DNA of 64,000 nucleotides from Coraliomargarita sp. (GTDB lineage: Bacteria > Verrucomicrobiota > Verrucomicrobiia > Opitutales > Coraliomargaritaceae), in contig OZ244160.1 in assembly GCA_965216325.1 (NCBI GenBank), positions 2,816,001-2,880,000 of the forward strand, in the 5' to 3' direction. Positions 22,387-30,338 of the stretch are shown piece by piece. The stretch's first letter is position 1. Each line of letters begins with the position of its first letter. The translations under genes and the position numbers were made by a program. The notes beneath the pieces are model-generated. The model was not told the DNA's origin and did no database searches. It worked only from the letters and a program-made list of their open reading frames with translations.

Positions 22387-23601
22387 ATGCCTCAATCCAA
22401 AGTAGTCGGTGCAGTCGAAATCGGGACCTCCAAGGTCGCGGTCTTGCTCGGCGAAATTATTGGCGATGCGGGGCTGAATATCATCGGGCACAGCACCTGT
22501 TCGTCCAAGGGGGTGAAGAAGGGGATGATTGCCGATCTCAATATAGCCAGCGACTGCGTGCATGCGGCGATCACCAGCGCAGAGAAGAACGCGCAGACCC
22601 GGATCGATGAAATTTATCTGTCCCAAACGGGCAGCCATCTTCAGGGCGCGTTTAATGTAGGCACTGCCAATGTCGGGGCATCGGATGGCATCGTGCGTAT
22701 GGCGGACATGGAGCAAGCCAAGCAGGATGCAAAGCGTCGTGGCTTACCCAACTCCCGCACCTACATTCACCATATTCAAAATCCGTTCAGCTTGGATGGT
22801 CGCCCTGTGGAGAATCCGCTTTCGCAGGAGGGGCAGCGCCTCCAGGTCGGCTATTGGTCGGTGCATGGGGATAGCCAGGTGGTTAAGGACAACTTGCGCG
22901 TGATCGGTGGCATCGATCTCGACGTGAGTGACATGATTATTTCCAGCATCGCTTCCGGATCCGTTCTCTTGGAGGACTCGGAAAAGGAAGCCGGTGCACT
23001 GGTTATCGATATTGGTGGAGGCACGACCGACTATGTGCTCTACCGCAAGGGCTTCATTGTGAAAACCGGTGTGGTTCCTGTAGGCGGTGACCACATTACC
23101 AACGATTTGAGTATCGGTTTGCGCGTTGGGCGCAAGAATGCCGAAGAGCTCAAGGTGAAGAACGGCCGCGCTTTCTATCAAAGTGAAGATCGTGAGGAAA
23201 GCGTTTGGTTGATCGGTGATCTGACCATCGGCGACCGTGAGTATCCACTCGCTGCGATTACCAAGATCATCGACGCGCGGGTAGGGGAGATTTTTGAAAT
23301 TATCAAAGCGCAGCTGGAAGAGGCCGAATTGTTCGAAGCCTCCGATATCGCAGGCGGCGTCGTCTTAACTGGCGGCAGTTCGCGTCTCAACGGGATCGGT
23401 GAGGCTGCTCACAAAGCCTTCGGTCTCGAAGCCCGTGTCTCTGAAGGGCCACAAGATGTGGCGCCGGAGCTTCGCCTGCCAGAATACAGCACGGCGCTCG
23501 GTTTACTGCACTATGCACTGACCGGACAGAGTGAAAGCCGCCAAGTCGCTAAGCCAACCGGACTCCTGCGCCGACTCACCAGCGTCTTCAGCCTCGATTA
23601 A
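22387..23601 (+). CDS. ftsA: Cell division protein FtsA
   Basis: [32 protein letters not shown]. Confidence 0.95.
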   Translation: MPQSKVVGAVEIGTSKVAVLLGEIIGDAGLNIIGHSTCSSKGVKKGMIADLNIASDCVHAAITSAEKNAQTRIDEIYLSQTGSHLQGAFNVGTANVGASDGIVRMADMEQAKQDAKRRGLPNSRTYIHHIQNPFSLDGRPVENPLSQEGQRLQVGYWSVHGDSQVVKDNLRVIGGIDLDVSDMIISSIASGSVLLEDSEKEAGALVIDIGGGTTDYVLYRKGFIVKTGVVPVGGDHITNDLSIGLRVGRKNAEELKVKNGRAFYQSEDREESVWLIGDLTIGDREYPLAAITKIIDARVGEIFEIIKAQLEEAELFEASDIAGGVVLTGGSSRLNGIGEAAHKAFGLEARVSEGPQDVAPELRLPEYSTALGLLHYALTGQSESRQVAKPTGLLRRLTSVFSLD

Positions 23602-23607
23602 TTTTCC

Positions 23608-24876
23608 GTGGATACCACACCTGACAGTTTATTCGATCAAGAAACCGTAACGGCCGATCTGAAGATTAAGATCATTGGTCTTGGTGGTGCGGGCACCAAT
23701 GCAGTCGACGGACTCAAGCTCGATGATTTAGGTGATGTGCGTTTGGCCGCCATCAATACCGATGCACAGGCGCTGGGGAATTCACCGATTGCGGAGAAGC
23801 TAGTCATCGGCCGCTCCGTCACGCGCGGTCTGGGCGCTGGGGGTGAAGTTGAAATTGGAAAGAAGGCCGCCGAGGCGGACCGCGATGCGATCGCACGCAT
23901 GATCGCCGATATGGATTTGATCATCCTGATCGTTGGCTTGGGTGGCGGCACAGGTAGCGCGATTGCGCCGATCATTGCGGAACTCGCCGCCAAGACGGAT
24001 GCCGTGGTGCTCGCCTTTGCGACTTTGCCGTTTACCTTCGAAGGCGCGCGTCGCAAACGGATTGCCGAAGAAAGCCTCGGCGAGTTGCGCAGCCTGGTAC
24101 ATGGCCTCATTCCTTTGCCGAACGATATGCTGCTACAAGAGGGCGACGAAAGCACCAGTGTGCTGAATGCCTTTTCGGTGGCGGATCAATGGATCGGTCG
24201 CGGAGTGAACTCGCTGTGCGCGATGCTGCTCAAGACTGGACTGATCAATCAGGACATCAGTTCGCTGCGTTCGGTCTTTCAGAATCGCGGCGGTAAGACC
24301 ATTTTCGGCACAGGTATCGCCAGGGGCGGTGACTTTGTGAAGCACGCCTTGGAGGACCTGTTGATTTGCCCGCTGCTACACATGGGTGATCGGCCGAAAG
24401 AACTCGATCGTATATTGGTTAATGTGATCGGCGGCCCAGATCTCGGCATCGCTAAGGTCAACGAGATCATGTCGCATGTCTCCAAGAGCTTTGGTTCGCG
24501 GGATGATCTGGTCTTCGGAGCGGTGATCGATGAAGCACGCAGTGAAAGCCTTGAAATTTGCGTCTTGGGTAAGGCGGAGCTTGAGAAGCCCGCTGCTCCT
24601 GAGCTGGAGCTTCCGACCGAGTCCGCGCCGCAATCACTGGAAGCGCTCGGGCTCGAGAGCGAGATCGCCCAGGACAACAAGCCGCCGCGTCCCGTGCATC
24701 AGTCGAAGCTGCGTAAAAAGAAAGAGGTCGCAGCCGATCAAGACGAATTCAACTTTATCGAAGTGGACGCTCAGCGCGGCTATTTCGAGAAGACCGATCG
24801 CAATCTCTACAATGACGAAGATCTGGACGTGCCCACTTACCTGCGTAAGGGGATAAAGATCAAGATTAAGGTCTGA
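23608..24876 (+). CDS. ftsZ: Cell division protein FtsZ
   Basis: [32 protein letters not shown]-terminal LDVPTYLRK. Confidence 0.96.
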   Translation: MDTTPDSLFDQETVTADLKIKIIGLGGAGTNAVDGLKLDDLGDVRLAAINTDAQALGNSPIAEKLVIGRSVTRGLGAGGEVEIGKKAAEADRDAIARMIADMDLIILIVGLGGGTGSAIAPIIAELAAKTDAVVLAFATLPFTFEGARRKRIAEESLGELRSLVHGLIPLPNDMLLQEGDESTSVLNAFSVADQWIGRGVNSLCAMLLKTGLINQDISSLRSVFQNRGGKTIFGTGIARGGDFVKHALEDLLICPLLHMGDRPKELDRILVNVIGGPDLGIAKVNEIMSHVSKSFGSRDDLVFGAVIDEARSESLEICVLGKAELEKPAAPELELPTESAPQSLEALGLESEIAQDNKPPRPVHQSKLRKKKEVAADQDEFNFIEVDAQRGYFEKTDRNLYNDEDLDVPTYLRKGIKIKIKV

Positions 24877-24880
24877 GTTA

Positions 24881-25007
24881 GCACCACCCCGTCTCGCTCT
24901 GTGATCCACCCCTCCTCGTCAAGGAGGGGAGTTTTAAGCTTCTCTTCAGATAAGAAAGCTACTCCCCGGCTAAGGGGAGATGTCTTAGCTAGATAAGACG
25001 GAGAGGT
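24881..25007. repeat. Dispersed palindromic repeat (second copy at 44779-44906)
   Basis: GCACCACCCCGTCTCGCT...CCACCCCTCCTCGYCAAGGAGGGGAG is shared with 44779-44854 and followed by a degenerate inverted partner arm. Confidence 0.7.
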
Positions 25008-25119
25008 ATATCAGTTCGCTCATTCATAATAATGTGACCCAGCGATTTCACCCTAAATTAACGTAATTTGACGTGCATTAACGGTTAATAATCATTTTCT
25101 TAGGGACTGACAGGTCACT

Positions 25120-25512
25120 ATGAGTACAGAACCCATCGATCCGGGCATGCATAAGAATAAAGGCGCGAAGCGTGTCTTTAGGGCCTTCTTTTATTCTATG
25201 GATGGCATTCTCTCTGCCTTTAAGCATGAGGCCGCCTTCCGTCAGGAGCTGGTGCTGGCGACCTTAATGATTCCTGTATCGTTTTTGCTCAACGTGCCGC
25301 TGATGCATCACCTCGTCTTGGTGTGCTCTGTCTTGTTGGTGCTGATTGTTGAGCTACTGAATTCAGCGATCGAAGCAGTGGTGGACGATATTTCTCTGAG
25401 CAACCGTCCTTTAGCAAAGCGCGCCAAGGACCTGGGGAGTGCGGCGGTATTTATCAGCTTGATGAACTGTTTGATCTGCTGGGTCTCCGTGATCGTCGTT
25501 AACTGGGGCTGA
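25120..25512 (+). CDS. dgkA: Diacylglycerol kinase (DgkA family)
   Basis: EAAFRQE, VELLNSAIEAVVD, AKRAKDLGSAAV. Confidence 0.93.
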   Translation: MSTEPIDPGMHKNKGAKRVFRAFFYSMDGILSAFKHEAAFRQELVLATLMIPVSFLLNVPLMHHLVLVCSVLLVLIVELLNSAIEAVVDDISLSNRPLAKRAKDLGSAAVFISLMNCLICWVSVIVVNWG

Positions 25513-25553
25513 CAGGAGCTATCACTTGGCTTCGTCAATGAGCCCACCAATTA

Positions 25554-25610
25554 CATGAACGTGGAGATCTGGCGACGGCGTTAGCCGTTGCTCAATGAAT
25601 CTGGTTAGCT
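25554..25610 (-). other. attC site of cassette 8 (terminal, somewhat degenerate)
   Basis: + strand CATGAAC-GTGGA...GCGACGGC GTTA GCCGTTGC...ATCTG-GTTAGCT; GTTAGCT is complementary to AGCTAAC at 25871. Confidence 0.8.
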
Positions 25611-25620
25611 CTGGGTTTGC

Positions 25621-25857
25621 CTAGCGGCGTCCTTCGTTGAGTGCTTTCTTCAATTCCTCTTCAGACCTGAATTCTTCTTTTTCTTTTGGTCCGAAGGCAA
25701 TGTAGAGGAGTAGTCCGAGTGCGTTGAGAGTGCATAAGACTACAGTCCAACAAATTTTATCTGTTGGCTCGATTTCTTCACTTTTGAGATGGGCAATCAG
25801 TGCCCAAAGCCAAGCTAGCTGAATCAACGCTATGATAATAATCCAAGTGGTGTTCAT
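25621..25857 (-). CDS. Cassette 8: small two-TM membrane protein (PLDc N-terminal-like)
   Basis: 78 aa; KICWTVVLCTLNALGLLLYIAFG pattern; ATG 14 nt from the core site. Confidence 0.75.
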   Translation of the reverse strand: MNTTWIIIIALIQLAWLWALIAHLKSEEIEPTDKICWTVVLCTLNALGLLLYIAFGPKEKEEFRSEEELKKALNEGRR

Positions 25858-25870
25858 TTCTTATTCTTTT

Positions 25871-25925
<55 letters not shown>

Positions 25926-26029
25926 AAAGCCGCTGCGCGGCGGCTGTTGGTTAAGTGCTTGGGCGTCTTGGTGGGTGGTTTCTAAAGTCAAAAGTTCCGG
26001 GCTAGGCTGAGTTGCCCCAACCTGCCCGG

Positions 26030-26996
26030 ATGAAAAAAAAATACCAAATCATCAAAGACTCAGTGTTCGCAAACGTATCAACAGTTCTATGCGCATGTCC
26101 ATAGCAAAGCTCACTCGCCTCGTAGTCGTAAGGCTTATCTGGATTGGGTCAATCGCTTGGGCGAGCACTACCAACCGAAGGGCCCGGGGTTGCGCCGTCT
26201 ATCGGAACGTCAGGTGTTGGACTATCTGATCTACCTGCGCGACGACCAAAAGCTGGCCGCGTCAACGGTGAATCAGGCGCTGGTGCCGATTCGGACGCTT
26301 TACCGTGATGTGCTGGCCCGGGAGTGGAAGCTGTGGTCGGAGTTCACGCTGCAGCGGCGCGAGCCTTTGCCGAGCGTGCTCACGCGCGACGAGGTGCGGC
26401 GTGTGCTGGCCTGTGTGCATGAGGGTCGCTTTCGGGCGGTGCTCTCGCTGATCTATCACTGTGGTTTGCGTTTACAGGAGGCCTTGCAGCTCAAGCCGAC
26501 GGATATCGACTCTGGACGCGGCGTCGTTCGCGTGCGCCATGGCAAGGGCAACAAGGCGCGTGAGGTGCCGATTTGCCCGGCAATGGTCAAGCGGTTGCGG
26601 GCATTTTATAAGTGCCACCGCAATCCGGACTGGCTGTTCCCTGGCGTGGGGCGCGGCTGGAAGCAGTCAGGCATCTCTCAGGCGCAGGCGATGCACCGCA
26701 GCGCCAAGCCGATGAGCAGCTCGGCGCTGGAGATGGCGATGCGGATCATCCGCGCCAATAGTGGCATCAACAAGCACTTCACGGTGCATACCTTGCGGCA
26801 TAGTTTTGCCACACATTTGCTGGAGGACGGGGTGTCGATTCGTCAGGTCAGTCGCTATCTCGGCCACTCGGAACTGAAGAGCACGCTGGTGTATCTGCAT
26901 GTAACCGAGCTAAGTGAAGAAGGTGGCCGCCAGAGCCAGAGCGCACTGTTTGACAGTGTGATCGCTCCGGCCTTGTCGAAGCGCAGCAAGCGTTGA
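26030..26996 (+). CDS. Tyrosine recombinase (phage-integrase family). The ATG at 26030 is out of frame by one A in an A9 tract; the ORF track starts at TTG 26157
   Basis: [43 protein letters not shown]. The frame upstream of 26157 encodes SPRSRKAYLDWVNRL, resembling an N-terminal SAM-like domain. Confidence 0.88.
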
Positions 26997-28096
26997 GGCT
27001 GGCCGATCTACTGCGGCGGCATTGGCCGGAGTATGTCAGCGCGCGCGGCGGGGCACACAAGATCCCTGCCGCACACTGGCGAGCAGTCGAAGCCGTCTTG
27101 AGTTGTCGCACGTCTAGATTGGGCGGGCATGTGCACCTGTGTGCCAGTTGCGAGCGTGAGCACTATGTGTATCACAGCTGCAACCATCGAGCCTGTCCGA
27201 GTTGTGGAGGGCGCACGCAGCAGCTGTGGTCAGCACGCCAACAGGCTCGCCGCTTACCGGTGCCATACTTCATGCTGACCTTCACGGTGCCCGAGCAACT
27301 GCGCGGGTTCTTCCTGCGCTACGACCGGGTCGCCTATCAGTTGTTGTTCGCGGCCAGCTCTGGAGCGATCAAAGAACTGTTTGCCAATCCGAAGCACTTT
27401 GGTGGCGAGCCGGGCTTTGTGGCGGTGCTGCATACGTGGACACGGCAAGTGCAGTATCACCCGCATGTGCACGTGCTCGTGCCTGCCGCTGCACTCAGCC
27501 AGAGCGGATGCGAAGTAATCCGCGCCAAGCACGAGAACTACCTGTTGCCGTATGCCGCGCTGGCGCGCAGCTATCGCGACCAGTTCCTGCGTGCGTTGCG
27601 CGAGAAACATCCGGGCCGGTCTGCTGAACTGGATCCACAACTCGCGCGTATGGATTGGAACGTGAACGTTCAACCGGTTGGTCGTGGCAAACGTGCACTA
27701 CGCTACCTCGCGGCGTATGTGGGCAAGAGCGCCTTCAGTGAAGAACGTCTGGCTGGTTACGATGCGCAAGGGCGTGTGCGGCTATGGTGGACCGATTCGG
27801 CTACGGGCCAGCGCAGGCTGATGGCTCTTGAGCCCGCCGAGCTGATACGCCGCTGGCTGCTGCATGTTCTGCCCAAGGGGCTGACACGCGTGCGGCACTA
27901 TGGCACCCTCTCAGCTGCCGCGCGGGATAAATACCGCAGGCTGCGCTTCCTGCTCGGCGGCCGTGCACCTGCGATCCAACTACCTGAAGAACAGCCTCTG
28001 CGTTGTCCTTGTTGCGAGGGGCAGCTGCACCGCGTCGGCAAGCTCCGTCCAGTCCGTGGCCCACCGCTGAGCACCGCCTTACTTTACCGCAAATGA
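26993..28096 (+). CDS. IS91-family (HUH, Y2) rolling-circle transposase
   Basis: Zn-binding CRT...CASC...SCNHRACPSC, LHTW...HPHVH HUH motif, YLAAY Y2 motif, HVLPKG..RVRHYG. Confidence 0.93.
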   Translation: MRLADLLRRHWPEYVSARGGAHKIPAAHWRAVEAVLSCRTSRLGGHVHLCASCEREHYVYHSCNHRACPSCGGRTQQLWSARQQARRLPVPYFMLTFTVPEQLRGFFLRYDRVAYQLLFAASSGAIKELFANPKHFGGEPGFVAVLHTWTRQVQYHPHVHVLVPAAALSQSGCEVIRAKHENYLLPYAALARSYRDQFLRALREKHPGRSAELDPQLARMDWNVNVQPVGRGKRALRYLAAYVGKSAFSEERLAGYDAQGRVRLWWTDSATGQRRLMALEPAELIRRWLLHVLPKGLTRVRHYGTLSAAARDKYRRLRFLLGGRAPAIQLPEEQPLRCPCCEGQLHRVGKLRPVRGPPLSTALLYRK

Positions 28097-28395
28097 TCAA
28101 CCGTGTTCAACAGACAGGCCGCAGCCCCGAATCCCATCAGATTTGGGCCGTGCTTGCTTGTGCCCGTTTTTGGGATGTATCCGTAGCGTGGATACGAAAA
28201 CGCCATTATTTAGCTGCGCCCACACCAACTCTCTGTGCTGATGTGGTTTTACGGCATGATGCCGGAAAACCACATGCCTGCCGCAGCTTGAGATTTACAA
28301 ATCTCCTAGCCGCGTCGATCCGAACGCCCCTCCAGCAGTGCCGCCAAAAGCGTTTCGCATATACTAAGCCGCGCCGTTAATCCAAGGGCGGGCTT

Positions 28396-28451
28396 GTTCA
28401 ACAATCAGTTATCAACGCGGCTGCGCGCGATTGATAACTTCAGGGTTAGGC
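28396..28451 (-). other. attC site of cassette 6 (atypical body)
   Basis: GTTCAAC-AATC-AGTTATCAA CGCG...CGCG CGA TTGATAACT-TCAGG-GTTAGGC. The toxin stop codon lies in the R'' box; GTTAGGC is complementary to GCCTAAC at 28992. Confidence 0.8.
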
Positions 28452-28733
28452 CTTTTTGTAATTCTTTAAGTCTCTATAGAAGTTTTCATGGCTCCCATAC
28501 GTAAGTAGACTTATTTCACTTTCATCGAAGCTATAGGAAAGTAGTGTCAGCTGTTTATTGATTTTAAACTTATGGACGAATATTCCTGCAAGATCGCCAG
28601 CTTTTTCCTGACCAATGCTAGGATTTGAGAGGATGTCTAAAACTGCATCGTCTAATTCTTTCTTTTCCTGCTTTTTGAGCTTCTTCATTTTCCTGCTGAA
28701 CGCAGGGGATACGTAGACCTTCTGTTTAGCCAA
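28446..28733 (-). CDS. Cassette 6: RelE/ParE-family toxin
   Basis: 95 aa; NPSIGQEKAGDLAGIFVHKF, GSHENFYRDLK; overlaps the antitoxin stop. Confidence 0.88.
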   Translation of the reverse strand: MAKQKVYVSPAFSRKMKKLKKQEKKELDDAVLDILSNPSIGQEKAGDLAGIFVHKFKINKQLTLLSYSFDESEISLLTYGSHENFYRDLKNYKKA

Positions 28734-28944
28734 AAGTATATTCCTCCTTCTCAGCTTCTTTCATTTCCTCCATTGCTAATAGTGTTTCTTTAATGAAGCT
28801 GAAGGGTAGGTCTGGATTCTCTTCGGCAGCCTTTCCGATCGTTGCCCAATATTCCAACTGTGAAGTCATTGATCGATGCTCCACTTTGGATCTGGTTTTG
28901 GCTTCTTTTGCGAGATGGTCGGATATGCGAATAACAGTGCTCAT
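28726..28944 (-). CDS. Cassette 6: ParD-like antitoxin
   Basis: 72 aa; RSMTSQLEYWATIGKAAEENPDLP; upstream of the toxin, with a TTGACA hexamer in the cassette leader. Confidence 0.85.
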   Translation of the reverse strand: MSTVIRISDHLAKEAKTRSKVEHRSMTSQLEYWATIGKAAEENPDLPFSFIKETLLAMEEMKEAEKEEYTFG

Positions 28945-28991
28945 GAATGACGCCTTGTAGTAAAATGTAGCACATTGTCAACTTTTTGTGT

Positions 28992-29059
28992 GCCTAACGT
29001 AGAGATGTCTCGATTCAGTGAAGCGCGGAGCGCGTAACTGAATTGAGACTATCGACTGG
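28992..29059 (-). other. attC site of cassette 5, split by intron 1 (remaining TTCTAC at 29712-29717)
   Basis: GCCTAAC-GTAGA-GAT GTCTC GATTCAGT...ACTGAATT GAGAC t ATC-GACTG-G|TTCTAC; the rebuilt GTTCTAC is complementary to GTAGAAC at 30279. Confidence 0.9.
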
Positions 29060-29711
29060 GTATGCCCGGCATGTTGATAAACTAATATGGTTAAAGTCCA
29101 TTGTGAGAGCCCTGAATAACAACTCAATCACTAGAGAAGCACAAGTGCGGAATCGTGAGGTTTCGTGCGGAAGCAGTGTGGATCAAACCGACGAGCCGAT
29201 GTATAAGAACGTCATAGGAGGCACAGAGGACGGGCGAGCGGGCCCGGGATCGCGAAGCCCATCAGGTCAGATCCGATGTGTAAATGGCGCGGTTGTGTCG
29301 GGGCAGTGTATCAACTTATCCGGGGAGGCCTCGGAGGTTCGCGTTGTGGCTTCAATGTGCCAATCAAGCATCGCAGTTGAAGCAGGGATGCTTCGATGAT
29401 GAACTTCCGAGGAGTCAGCAAAGGGCATAGTAGCCGCGGAGACGAGCTTGCCAGAGGCAGGACGGACTCACGAAGCGGTGAAGGCCTGAAGTCGATCATC
29501 ATCGGGACTCATTCAGTAGACACGTCCATAAACGCCGACCGTAGCGCGAGGACCTCTGATCTCTGTCTGATACAGCTCGAAGATACGTCTACTTTTGTAG
29601 GCGCGACAACCGCCTTAAAACAGACTGCGTAGCACTGCGATCAGTCTGGCTGCGGACCCGCATGGCAGGTGGTGTGGGAGCGGGGGGAGTTAATGCCCCT
29701 CGCTACCCGAT
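29060..29711 (+). mobile_element. Intron 1: ORF-less group IIC-type intron (652 nt) inserted in attC
   Basis: Starts GTATGCCCGGCATG; first 273 nt nearly identical to intron 2; D5/D6-like end ...CGCTACCCGAT; no RT ORF; removal restores the attC core. Confidence 0.9.
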
Positions 29712-29720
29712 TTCTACCAT

Positions 29721-29978
29721 TCAGTTGTAGTGGAAACGCATCTGGACGAAAGTGATTCCGTGATCGAATTGCTTGTACACAAGGCGATGCTCTTCAGTGA
29801 TTCTTCGGGACCAGTATCCACTTAAATTATGTTTGAGAGCTTCAGGCTTTCCAATGCCTTCATATGGAGAACGCGTGATGTCCTGAATCAGTAAGTGGAT
29901 TCTCTTTAGAGTCCTTTTATCTGTTTTCTGCCAGTACTGATAATCTTCCCATGCTTGTGGAGTGAAACTGATATTCAT
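29721..29978 (-). CDS. yoeB: Cassette 5: Txe/YoeB-family toxin
   Basis: AWEDYQYWQKTD, GIGKPEALKHNLSGYWSRRITEEHRLVY, RFHY. Confidence 0.95.
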   Translation of the reverse strand: MNISFTPQAWEDYQYWQKTDKRTLKRIHLLIQDITRSPYEGIGKPEALKHNLSGYWSRRITEEHRLVYKQFDHGITFVQMRFHYN

Positions 29979-30232
29979 TCTGAGAGATCAATTTCTTTTA
30001 CGGTAATATTCCCTGTTTCAGCCGCTTCGATGGATGCGATCAGTCTCTTCGCATTTGCAGGACTTCTTAGGAGGTGTGCAGTCTCTTCGAGGGCTTCATA
30101 GTCTTCCAAAGAGAGCATTACGACAGCCTGCTCCCTTTTTCTTGTTATGATTATTGGGTCTCGATCTAAGCAGACCTGATCCATTGTGGATGCTAGATTC
30201 TCTCTTGCGGCGGTGTAAGTAATAGCGTTCAT
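29975..30232 (-). CDS. yefM: Cassette 5: Phd/YefM-family antitoxin
   Basis: MNAITYTAARENLASTMDQV...VVMLSLEDYEALEETAHLLRSPANAKRL. The start must lie inside the cassette, below 30284. Confidence 0.93.
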   Translation of the reverse strand: MNAITYTAARENLASTMDQVCLDRDPIIITRKREQAVVMLSLEDYEALEETAHLLRSPANAKRLIASIEAAETGNITVKEIDLSE

Positions 30233-30234
30233 TG

Positions 30235-30270
30235 TGGACATCATACTGTCCATGTTCGCGCGGGGGTCAA
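30235..30270 (-). promoter_or_regulatory. yefM-yoeB promoter/operator
   Basis: TGGACA-N6-TGTCCA inverted repeat (two TGTACA-like cores, 12 bp centre to centre) overlapping TATGAT, with TTGACC upstream. Confidence 0.6.
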
Positions 30271-30278
30271 TTTTTTTC

Positions 30279-30338
30279 GTAGAACGTGGAGATGTGGCGA
30301 CGGCTGAGCGCAGCTCAGTCGTTGCCACTATCGACTGG
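30279..30338 (-). other. attC site of cassette 4, split by intron 2 (remaining TTCGAC at 32231-32236)
   Basis: GTAGAAC-GTGGA-GAT GTGGCGACGGCTGAG cgcag CTCAGTCGTTGCCAC t ATC-GACTG-G|TTCGAC; the rebuilt GTTCGAC is complementary to GTCGAAC at 32921. Confidence 0.92.

Noticed and set aside
28003..28380. 125-aa ORF downstream of the IS91 transposase
   Set aside because: Overlaps the transposase, has no motif, and occupies the expected non-coding end region of the element.
29043..29632. ORFs 29043-29399 and 29396-29632 as genes
   Set aside because: They are translations of intron 1 ribozyme sequence.
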